DNA from: Phoronis australis
Taxonomy: Eukaryota > Animalia > Phoronida
Length of the DNA stretch: 64,000 bases
Assembly (NCBI GenBank): GCA_002633005.1
Contig: NMRA01000312.1
Coordinates: forward strand, 453,850 to 517,849
Reading direction: 5' to 3'
In this document: in pieces, positions 29,401-41,400 of the stretch
How positions within the stretch are numbered: the stretch's first letter is position 1
Layout: the number at the start of each line of letters is the position of its first letter
The notes under the pieces: generated by a model
Seen by the model: the letters and a program-made list of their open reading frames with translations, nothing else
Told to the model about the DNA's origin: nothing
The model's database searches: none
Made by a program: the position numbers and the translations under genes

Positions 29401-32400
29401 TGAGATAAAGCAGTTCACGCACAGCAGTTCAACTTCCACCGGATTTCCCGCCGCTGTCGGAAAAGCTGCTGCAAACCCGTTTTCCCTGAAAAACTAAGTT
29501 TTCATTTGTAAAATTGGGTGTCACGTGTTCTTTGCTGATATTTCAGGTTACTAGGCTTGTAGAGTAAGTTGACTGGTCACAATGAAAATTGTCTCAAGCA
29601 ATAACGACCTGTCCATTCTATCTAATACCCGAAACCGCTCTTCGTCTCAGTAGGGAAAGTTGAAGCCAGTTTGTCAGTATTCTAAATCATTTTTTCTCTT
29701 TGGCTGAACGCCTATTTGCAGCAGCTTAAAGAAAATGATTGCTGTGGTTTTCTATAGGACTTGAGCGCAAGCAATCATTAACCATCTGAGACTAGTGAAT
29801 GTTTCGGTGACATATTTTAATCTCAAACCTCTCACACGTTTGTTATATTGCATTAAAACGGTAACGCTACACTTCAATATTGCTGCATTCAGTCTTCTAC
29901 GTCACACTTAGATCCCCGTATTCAAGCTTCTACGACATTTACATTCCCTTTAACCTCAACTAACACTGTTATACTTTGGCTGCAATTGACAGTCAATCCC
30001 AGTGTTGTGTTATGGTCCATATGAACTCTATCACAATCTTTAATTCGTTCTTTTACGTGGTAGGCTTACCCCTTTTTGTAGTACTAATTTCAGACGTAAG
30101 TTTACGTTTCCTAACACACTTGTAAATTGTTTTTGTCTGGTCTGGAATGGTTTCCTTTTTGTTCGTTATTCTCTGCCTATTTGAATCATTGTCTCATCAG
30201 TTCAATCAGCTGCACGTCATTAATTAAACAGCATATCCTTGTTAGAAAACTAATTACAATTCATTTTTCTTTGTTATGTTTTCAGCTTTTCTCTTTTCCA
30301 CTATATTATTTAAGACTTGGATTTTTAGAGGCCTAGCAAAATCATCGTTTTCGTTCGTGTTTTGGGGTGATACCCTTTGTTCTGACTTTTTATTATTGCG
30401 GCAGTTTGAAGTTTGCAATTTCGACATGAACTTAATTAGGAGGTTCGTGATCATATGTTGCACAATTGTGATTGTTCTGTACTGAATTTTAGGTTATGCG
30501 CCCATAACAGGAATGTGTCGCCCCAAACGAAGTTGTGCGGTTATCAAAGATGATGGCTTATCGTCTGCTTTCGTTGTTGCTCACGAGACAGGACACGTGT
30601 AAGAGAGCATTTTCTGTGTTTTTGAAAATCATAATCAATCCACCAACATTCTTTAGCAATCTTGGTGACTAAAAAAGAGGTATCTATCTGTCAGGGGTGG
30701 AATTCGAACCCACACCTGGTAAACCAGACTGCGACCTGAACACAGCACCTTAGACCGCTCGGCCACCCTGACAACGTAGCTTTAATTATCGACCCTGGGA
30801 TCAGTCTGAATTAACATCTGCCTTCATACCAACAAAAGTGTTTTTATCGGGAACTAAATAAGTGCGCTGAATTATAGGTTGTCTCAGAAAAAAGCTTGCT
30901 CACACTTCATATTCTAGTTAAGTTCATTTAGTTACGGTCTTGCAACGCCCCAAATAGTCGCAGTGGCCGCAATAGGCTATGTATGCTCCCACGTATAGTG
31001 GTGAAACACACGCTTTTCATTCGTGTGATTTTGCGAGATCCAGGTAGAGTTCATTTGCTGTCTCATTACTTGAATAATCTAGGCAAAATCACGTGTTCTC
31101 ATTTAAAATATATGACAATATTTCACGTAATCTCACGAAGTTTTGCTTTTTAGCGAGGTCCTAGCATAGGTCCCAGCGTTACTTAACTCTGAGGTACCTC
31201 GACTTACCTTGGTTTTTTCCGTATAAACTAGCTCTATGGAACGCTCTCGGAACAGCATCGTGGTCGATTGATTTGTTAATTGACTAGGAAAGTTGTTACT
31301 GCGTTGCACGAGAGAACAACTCAACAAGTCACGTACATAGATTTATGTAGTATCATTTAGCGCTAACGTTTGGAAAGTGCCATGAATTGTGGATACGGGT
31401 AAACAGTCTGCTACCGACAAGAGAACCTTAAACATGCATTAGCAAGAAACTATAGGTCTTAGAAACGCTCTCCAAAATGGTGTCGTGGAAACCACTAAAC
31501 AATTTGCCATTGCTCGAAGAAACTCAATACACATGCATGGACAGGTAACTAGGTCTACCATGGGCGGCGCAGCACTGAATAAAGTGGAAAGGCCTATAGC
31601 CCCCCCCAGCCCCCTATAGACCATGGGTGACGCAGCAATGAAAAAGTGGGAGTTATGCCCTCCCCCAGCCCACTATGGTGCGCTGCCTCCTCACGGAAGG
31701 CTCTCCCAGTAATGGCCAAAATGGCGTCGTGGAGACGAGCAAACTGAATTTGCCACTACCCAGAGAACCTGAAAGATGCACCGGCCAAGTGTAATTTTAT
31801 ACTGAAACTGGAACATGTAATGGAAAACTAATGAAGTCTGAACATAATAAAAAATGATGCGCTTTCAGTCCCGACATCATTTTTAAAAACTACACGAATT
31901 TAGCGTAGCTCAACTTTGATTTGGTTATGTGCCAGCAAATGGCCGCCACAGTGAATGGCACATAACTATTATTTATGAATATTTCAAACACTGATTGCTA
32001 TATACTCAAATACAATTTACGGTATTTTACGTATTTTATTTATTTTGTCTTTTTATCGAGTTCTAATGAGACGAAAACAAGAGAAGAAATGCCCTAACTA
32101 TTGCTATTACAGAGACAATGATACCTTGCTTACGAGATCGCAAATTTTAGGAGTTTTGAATTGACTTTACGTTAGTATGCTTATGTTTTATTTTGACATA
32201 TGGCATCTGTTTCGTGGTCTCTCTGGAAACAGGTCGGGCTCCTGTTATTAATCTGATAACATTTTCCTTCAGTGTTGAGCAAGAACGATAACTTTTTGGT
32301 TTGCGATTCGTTACCAAGTAACTTAAATTTAGTGTCTGAGCTCATTCGGCGGTGTCATTTTACAACACCGTCTTTCCTTTCCGCGCATATCACAGAAAAA

Positions 32401-35400
32401 ATCTCGAAAGCCAAAACTGCGCTGGTGAGATGCAGTCGTGCGGTGAGTAAAAGTTGGGGAATCTCTCCCAAGAATATGTTCTGGATTTACACTGCTGTTG
32501 TCCGACCTACAATGTCTTATGCTGCGTCAGTATGGGTGACAGCGTCAAAACAGTACAGTTATCAACAACCTTAATCAGCTGCAACGTCTAGCTCGTTTGT
32601 GCATTGCCTCTGCTTTTCCAGGAACGCCTTCTGCAGCCCTAGAAATGCTAATAGGTCTACCACCACTGTACATATAACTATAAGCGCTTCGTCTCAGATA
32701 TAATGAACAGTGGGTGAAAACTCATATCCCTGGGTCCGGGTTCTAATCTTTTTGCTGGAAATGGAATTCGAAATTATGTTTTGCATTTTCCACTCTACTT
32801 TTGTGGGAACTCAAGATAAGTGTCTATTATTCTATGCTCGAGTACATAATGACATACGTGGATATTTTTTTAGTCCTAGTTTACGGTTGATAAACCCAAC
32901 ATTAAGGCTAAAAGTTGGAGTTTGAACTCGAAATTTCGAGTTTTTATTCGAGTTTGTAGCACGAATAGAAGGATCATCAAGTACAAACTTGGACTAGAAA
33001 CTCATATGAGTAAACTATAATATATTCGAGCAATAAGCTAATGGCCAAAACACGGCAACTACGGAACATATCTAGTGATGTCCAGATCACAGCTTTAAAT
33101 CATTCAAACAATTTCTTCACGGAAATTGGTGATGGCTGGCCTACCGCAGAACACAAGATTGGTGGTTGTTGATATGGATGGCTCTAAAGTGGAAAATGGT
33201 CAGGCAGGTGCTGTAGTCTATTTTCCAAGCCTTCTAATTGCATACGCAGAAAGCTGGGTATCGCTAGGCAATCTTGCCACGATATTCCGGGCTGAGGTCA
33301 CTGCAATTAATAGAACTGCTCAACTGCACGACAATATAACACCGAGCTATCACCTTTTCAGATAACCATGCAACAATAAAAGCCCTAAAGAAACCAAAGA
33401 CAGTACTCGTTGTGTTAATGCTTGCATTAATGAGCTTAACAATCTTGCAGTTGAAATTAGAACCGTCAATATACACTGGGTCAGGGCCCATGTGGGAATT
33501 GACGGCATTAAAAATGCAGACAGACTCGCTAATACATGAGCCAGCGTTCTGCATTGTGTACCTGAATCTGCTGTCCCGATATCCTACGGATGCTGCAGAT
33601 GAGTATACACAACAGGGTACATACCCAGTCAGCAGCCCAGAGGGCATCGCATAACTCTTGCAGAGAAAACAAGGAGAATTTTCCCAACGTGATCAAACCA
33701 AAAGATTCAAAAACCCTCTGAGTCTTGATATATTGGACATAAGACACGTGTCATTCAAATTTTGACGTTATCTGTGCATATGGATAGCCCAGTGTGTCCC
33801 GAGTGTGGTACTGACGTTGAAACCCCTAAACATCTGGTAGAGTCTTGCCCAGCCTTTTATAAGCTAAGGAGCAAGCTACTGGATGGCACTGTTACATGCC
33901 TACAACACATAGTGCATGGCAACAAAAACTAGAAACGTCTGTCAGTTCTCTTGTAGGAGACAGGTTGACTAGAAAACTCTCTTCACTAAGCGCATGTTCG
34001 TGCTCTAATAGTTTTAGCCCAGGTGTTTAGTGCAGTGGGCCCAACCAGCCTGTGCACATCTGCTGCAAAGGCTGTGCACAACAAATGACATTAGACCCTT
34101 GCATTGTTTTTTCTTTCTTTTTTTTCATTCGGCGGTCTTCTTGTCTAACAAAGGAACGAATTTTATAACAGGTAGATAAGACAAATAAAAAGGAATGTCA
34201 GGGGTGGGATTCGAACCCACGCCTAGAGAACCAGACTGCGACCTGAACGCAGCGCCTTAGACCACTCGGCCACCCTGACCACTGATAGGCCCATTTTAAC
34301 ATAGTCGTAAGTATATAATACGAAATGAAATCAATATAATATAATCGTCAGCGATATGACCATGGCCCATCTTTGTAGAATACATAAATTGCCTACAACT
34401 TAACAAATTCACTGTAGGATTATATCGGATATTTTCCGGAATAACGAAGCGTCTCAACTTATGAAGTAATCGACGTGCATGTGTGGCTTGCTCAATTTTC
34501 TCTTCGAACGTACAGGAAAGCTCTTTTTGGCGCTCTCTGGGCTTAATTTTACATCATTTATTGCCAATTATATTGTAATAAACATTTTAAAATAATCACT
34601 GCTTAATTGAAGTGCAGATACTCCTGCTGACAATTTCGAGATTAAATCGAACGTCAATAAACTTTTACTTGAATTTTCCCTTTTCCCTAAAAGTGAGAAA
34701 GTGACGTCATCAGAACTGATAAAACTGCACATGCGTTTGTCATTGGATAATCTAACATTTACCAACAACGATGGCTAAATGTCGCACACAGCTCCACATC
34801 AAAAAGGAGAATGAAAGAATGATCAAACTTGTAAAACAAATGAAACAAAGTCATTGATGGAATCGGGTGATTGATTTCGCAACAGATCAAAATGCCATCC
34901 TTTTTATGTTTCTCACATTGCAGGCTAGGAATGGAACATGATGGTACTCGTAACAGCTGTATACGTAAGGTGAACGAGGGGAACATCATGGCGGCTCTGG
35001 TGCAGTCCAACTACGACGGGTTCTATTGGACGGAGTGCAGCAAGAAAATCCTTACTCACTACATAGAGTAAGTTGAGTTGACGAGACCGAGCTGAGCGCC
35101 GTTAAACGGTTCCCGTTTTAAAGCCAGCGCTTGTGTGCAACCAATTGTAGCCTCTCGTTCTAGCATTGACGTCGTTTTAGTAAGAACTGATCTATGGTAT
35201 GTTTTTCTCTTTTTCGACGCCACTCTGCGATTGTGACTGGGGCTCACCAGGGGTCTATCAATGGTCAAATAGGGATCAGTTTATATTTGTCCATTAGCAC
35301 AATATACATAAGCGGATCCAGGGGTGTTCGAATCCCCCCTTTTAGCCAAAACAGCAAACAGAAACAACGAGAAACTAGACGATTTCTATTTTTTTCGTCA

Positions 35401-38400
35401 TTTGTAGCTGTGCCCAGAGATCAGGACACTAAATTTCATTATCTTGTTCTCTACTCACTGTTTGTGATGTAGAATTCTCTTTAAAAATCATATTGTTTTA
35501 ATTTGACCTCCTCTTTCATAAAAACCTGGATCCACATTAGATGTAGAAGTGGCCCACCACGAGGTTCCCATGAACCAGTCAGGCCCGCTTTTGCCTTTCC
35601 ACTTATGCCCTGTTTGACATCATAACATTGCGTAATACAGTCAACATTCTGCGATGCATGCTTAGATCCATACTTTTGAATGTAATTTCAAGTCGGTGGC
35701 AGTTCGCAATCTATGGAACTTCCGCTTTAGAAACCGTGTTAGAGGTACATCAGAGCCTCAAGTTCCCATTCCAAAGCCACGTAAGGCATTATGCAAATTC
35801 TACTGTGTCGTGAATGCTTGCTTCGTCTTGAAAATAATATAAACTCATGACCTTCATCAAAGTCATAGGTTAGATTCGATGTCATTGTGTCGTCATGCAT
35901 TATCATTTGCGCTTTCTACGTCGATCAAACATGGCGAACACTGTAATGTTAATGTTTTAGTATACGTTTGGCTTATCAGCTTGGAGTGAGCATATTTCCG
36001 TGAGTGGCATTTCTACATTTATGGATAAAAATTAACTTGTTTTTGTTATACTTTAGTAGCCGTTTTATTCCGTCATTCAAAACCGACCTTGTGTGAAGAA
36101 AACTTCATTTCCAGTTCCTATAAGTGTCTACGAGACAACCCCCACGAGAAGTCTTTCACGGAAATTCTTGAGCCTTATGGAGTCACATGGAGCCTGAGCG
36201 AGCAATGTAGACAAGAGTTTGGTGAGGGGTACGAGCTGTGCTGGGTGGTAAGTAAACAACGTTGGAATTTGATTTTAGTTGCACCCTTTTGTTATTGTCA
36301 TCATAGTTCTCAGTCACAGTGAAGCCAGTCCGAAAATATCTAAAGTACGAAATGTTACTAACTGCGTCACAAAAAATAACTTTTCATTTACACCATTTAC
36401 CGTTATGGAATGGGTCTCAAGTTGTTTCGTATGCAAATTAGACCAGGCTCTACAAGTCGACCAGTCACGGCGAGCATGGTCTCAAGCAATGAGGAGTTGT
36501 TAGTTTATTCAAACCCAAATATCACTTCAAGTTGAAATCAGTTTTATGGTGGTAACTGGTCCAAATCAAAAGTAAAATGCCATGAAGGAACGTCGGTGTA
36601 CAGACTCTTTAATGTTGGTCCCATTTTCATCATGATATTTTTATCTTTATCGTAATTACCATTCTGTGTAATTATGCAGTTTAGGAGTATGAGTCTAATG
36701 GTGACAGTCTCACTAATTTTCATTGAACTTAAACAGTATCGCCGACAAAATCCATGTAAGCAGTTGTGGTGCGGAAATATCAGAAATCCGTCGCTGTGCA
36801 AGACCAAGAAAGGACCGCCATTACCAGGCACAGCCTGCGCAAGGAATCGGGTGAGTAACGCGCGAAATATAATTCGCTTTCCATCTACATGCAGTATTTG
36901 AATACCATTTCAAAGCATGGTCGTGACAACAGACAGTTGTGGAGAGAGATTGTGGAGCAAATAATGAGTTTATCGACCTCTTCATCCTGTAACACAATAT
37001 TGCCTCCCGACAATCACTTTCTGTGGCGGCCATTTGCTTCTGTTGGCTAGTAAGGTTGTGTTCCGTGATAAATATTTTCCCTCGAGAGTTTGTTGCGTTA
37101 CAGAGCAGGTGCCAGGGTAGCACTAGGACCTCGCTAGAAAAGCAAACCTTCTCGAGATTACGTGAGATATTGCCGTGTATTTTAAATGAGAGCACGTGAT
37201 TTTGGCTACATTTTTTCTCGCCGAGAGACAGTTACTGAATTCTACCCAGATTATGCGTCAAATTGGCGTTATTTAATCTATGACTGGTCATCAGTTCGAA
37301 CAGGGATGTTTTGTGATGACGAATCTGCCACTATAATGACGCGATTTGGACCCATAAATAGGTTTAGACTAGGCAGTGACCATCGCCTCTGTTGGCCCGA
37401 ACCAGAGGCGATGCAGCTCCTATAGGCGCTCTGTACGCCGGAAGCTTTTCGGCGAATTATGCCTCGCACCGACTAAACATCAAAGTCACGTTGTTATAAA
37501 TACCTTTTGCGCATAGAGGAACACCTGAGGAGGTTGTCGATGTGTTTAATTCCTTCCAATTCGAACAAATACTCCCATTATCAAACTTTTTCTTCGAGCA
37601 GTCCCTATTTCAGTTCCCAAAATCGTGAACTCACCATTTTTATACTGCGCACGCTCCAATTTTTACCGCGCTCGCTAGGTGATGTGACTTCGTGACCTCA
37701 ATCTTTAAATAGGCCAAAGGTGACCCATTGCGGTCTTGTCAGTCAAATGTTCGTTTCCAAAATGCCACCACTTATACTTGTCTTTAATTGGCGTTACTTG
37801 AAACTGATTGTATTTCAATGAATTATTGTTTGTATTTGATAAAAATAAATGCTGTTGATATGACATTTAATAGTCTTTGTGCACATATTTGACATTTTAA
37901 TGTTTAACAACACGACAAATGCACGGCTGGTTCCCGGCAGCACGTACGCGAAGGGCGGGAACTTCAACTTTCAAAGTTCGCCGGTAGGTCCGCAACTTCT
38001 GACCTTCGGCCTGGTTAAAAAAATGAAAATGTTGATTTCACGATTTTGGGAACTGAAATAGGGACTGCTCGAAGAAAAAGTTTCATAACGGGAGTATTTG
38101 TTCGAGTTGGAAGGAATTAAACACATCGACAACCTCCTAAGGTGTTCCTCTATGCGCAAAAGGTATTTATAACAACGTGACTTTGATGTTTAGTCGGTGC
38201 GAGGCATAATTCGCCGAAAAGCTTCCGGCGTACAGAGCGCCTATAGCCTCTGCATCGCCTCTGGTTCGGGCCAACAGAGGCGATGGTCATTGCCTACGTT
38301 TCGACATGCTCAGTCACGTCGCGTTTCCAAACTTTTGCAGATCTTGGAGGATTTTTCCGATTCAAATAATCGTTGGGGCAATTTAGCAGTTGAATTTTTG

Positions 38401-41400
38401 CAAAGTTATGTATTTCCGTTAGTCGGTGTGCTCCGACAACGATTGCACCCATTTTATGCTCCTGAGAGTTGAAAAGGATTAAGATTAACATGGTCCATTA
38501 CCAGGTAACAATTTTCGTAGTGCTTAGTAATTTACAGCGCTAAGTAAATGTGGACTGATTATTCTTATTTCTTTTAATTTTGACATTTTAATTTATTTGA
38601 GTGGGTCCAAAAGATCAAAATGACGTCATTCTAAGCAACCGAATTGCATGGAAGAAATAGTCACTTCGTTTTCGTTTGCAGTTGCAGCAATTGCCAATAC
38701 CACATACCGGTATATAAGATTGTACAATAAAAAATAAGCTTTTATTAAAGTTTGATTGTCGATGCGCTCATTTTTGACAGAATGTGAAACGCCGTTAGCG
38801 ATAATAGGCAAAAAACATAAAATCCGGAATATTTTGTGTTTATTTATCGTTATACATCGCGGTCTATCTTTTTAACAATTTGTTTTCATTCAAAATGTTT
38901 AAGTTTATTTTTCAAATGATGTGCCTTGTGTTTGTTATAGTGGTGTACGGAGGGCAAATGTGTACCCAAAGACTCTTCTAAAATTATGTCGTCAACAAAG
39001 AAGCATCTTCCAGCGGTAAATGGCGCTTGGTCACGTTGGACAGAATGGGGTGACTGCTCGCGGTCTTGTGACGCCGGAGTCAAGTACCGCACGCGACGAT
39101 GCAACAACCCTGCGTGAGTGCATTGGCACATACTTTCTATCGCCATTTACATTGAAACCAGCATGTTGAATATGTGCACTCTGTATTAATGGGGTGGTAA
39201 TCGAAACCTTACCAAGGGCCGCAGAACCCTTACTGAGGTAGCACATTTACCACGCACAACACGGTTTCTGCACTAAATTGTGCGTCATTGTGGGTCATTG
39301 AGTTTTTTGTGCGTGGTAAGATTTCTTCCTGTCTGTGGTGTTTGTGGAGAGTGCTAAAAATTCTCTTCCAAGGCAAGTGTGTGGACTGTGAAATCCTGTA
39401 AAATAGAGTTTTTCTTTGGGCGGTGCACCACGTATTTCAGAGCTGCGCCGCCAATGTTTATACATCCAATGTAAAGGGCCTCAATGTTCCGCTGATCTCA
39501 GTGTCCAGCCTCCACGTAATTGGTTTCTAGCATCTGACAATTCACTGTTGACATTCAAATACATAAGGGTGTGACACTGGGTTCAGTAGACACTCTCTCC
39601 TGGTACACCGGAGTCTTGTGGATGACTAGCTTATCAAGTTATTAAATTTGTCAACTGCATTTTAGGCCTGCAAACTACGGAAAGGAATGTGACGGGAAAG
39701 AGTGGCAACACTCAACATGTAATTTACAGGTAACTGTCGCATGAAGTAACCAGCCTGGCTGTACTATGAACTAACGTAACTGGAACAATATATTTGTGTT
39801 GTTGGAATACAAAACCTGTAAAAATACGTAACTTTTATAGAGTATCGCAGATTGACAACACTTCTCTTTCTTAGACCTCACGTTTGTTTTGTCGTAACTA
39901 TTATAGGCATGTCCTGAAGGAGAAGCTGATTTCCGTGAGGAGCAGTGCAGGTCGTACAACTTGGGAAAGCAGTCTTGGCGACCGGCACCGCACAAAAGGC
40001 GTAAGTGGTTTTGGCCGCGCAACTTCAACTGCACTTGTCGGTGTAAATATTCCAACTGTTAAAATTACTAGTTTCATCTGCATTCTAATTTGCTTGTGCG
40101 GCGTGTTTCATGAAAAGTCACTGGAGTCATAAGTCAGAAGTTTCTTCTAAAACGTCATACATGTATTCGGATAAATAATTTAAATCGGAGAAAGCACAAA
40201 GACCAGCTTTTCATTTAGATCACTTGCAGTTGTGGAATGCGTCTCAAATTGTTCCATAGTCAAATTAGAGATGATTTCAAGGCTTAGAAAGATTTAGTAG
40301 TGGTAGTTTGTCGTTGCTTGAGACCGGACTCTACAAGCTGACTTGTCACGGCGTGACATTTTTTTGCGCAGAGCATGGTCGCGTGCAATAGCGAACTGTC
40401 AGTTCTTCACAAGACCAAAATCACGTCTCATCTGAGTTATGCTAAAGGTGAGGCCAATTTTATAGTAGAAGAGGTATAAATCAAAAGTTCGCTTCTCGGC
40501 GGAACGCGGATTTATAGCCGATGTGATCTCCGTTTAGCAAATTATAAAGTGTGTGAGAATACATGCATAATTCTTAATTAATCGGGTAATTTGTAAACGT
40601 CATTGCTGATATGTGATGTGGCAACAATAACATTCATTAAATAATAAAGGAACAGGTTTCATAAACAACTGTAACTAATGTAACTAGATCTTATAAAAAG
40701 GTAATACGTTCCGTAGAGCTCACACGTGTCCGATGTTATCCAAGTTATATAGACGATTGGGAAAACTACAAATTTAGTTGCCGCTTGCCTAAACTGGAAA
40801 TGCACTAGTTGGAGTCAGACATCTAATTCAGCTGACTCTGTGTTGACGTCATGCCCCCCGGATTTTTTTTTTGTTATAGCAATTAACATGGGTGGCGCAG
40901 CACTGAAAGAAGTGGGGGTCTATAGCCCCCTATGGTGCGCCGTCCATGAATTAAAGGTTTTGGTCTGAGCAAATTACAATGGGAGGTCGGAATGTTTGCC
41001 TGTCATTATAACTGTTTCGATAGGATGATGTTGTTTCTTGTCTTTTACGGAAATTTGGGCATCCCAGTAACGTGTTGAAGAGATCAGCCTCCCGTTCAGC
41101 AACGCTAGGACCTCGCTAAAAAGCAAGAATTCGCGAGATTACGTGAGATATTGCCGTGCATTTGAAATGAGAACACGTGACTTTGACTAGATTTTAGCTA
41201 GGTCCTAGCGTAGGTCCTAGCGTCTACTGAACGCACGCCAGGTGTGCGTACAGTAGACCCAAACATTTCGTCAAAAACCAAAACCACGCAAAATCCCCCG
41301 AATGAAAGGCGAGTGTTTCGCAAGTATGCTCAAGAACTTGCTTGAGTAGCCCAGCAAAATGACAGACTCTGAAATGATTGGTCGGTGAGGATGGAATGTT

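Noticed and set aside
37186-38491. Mirrored ORF pairs (MRIEEHLRR..., MRGIIRRK...) as duplicated genes
   Set aside because: They result from the terminal inverted repeats of a MITE.
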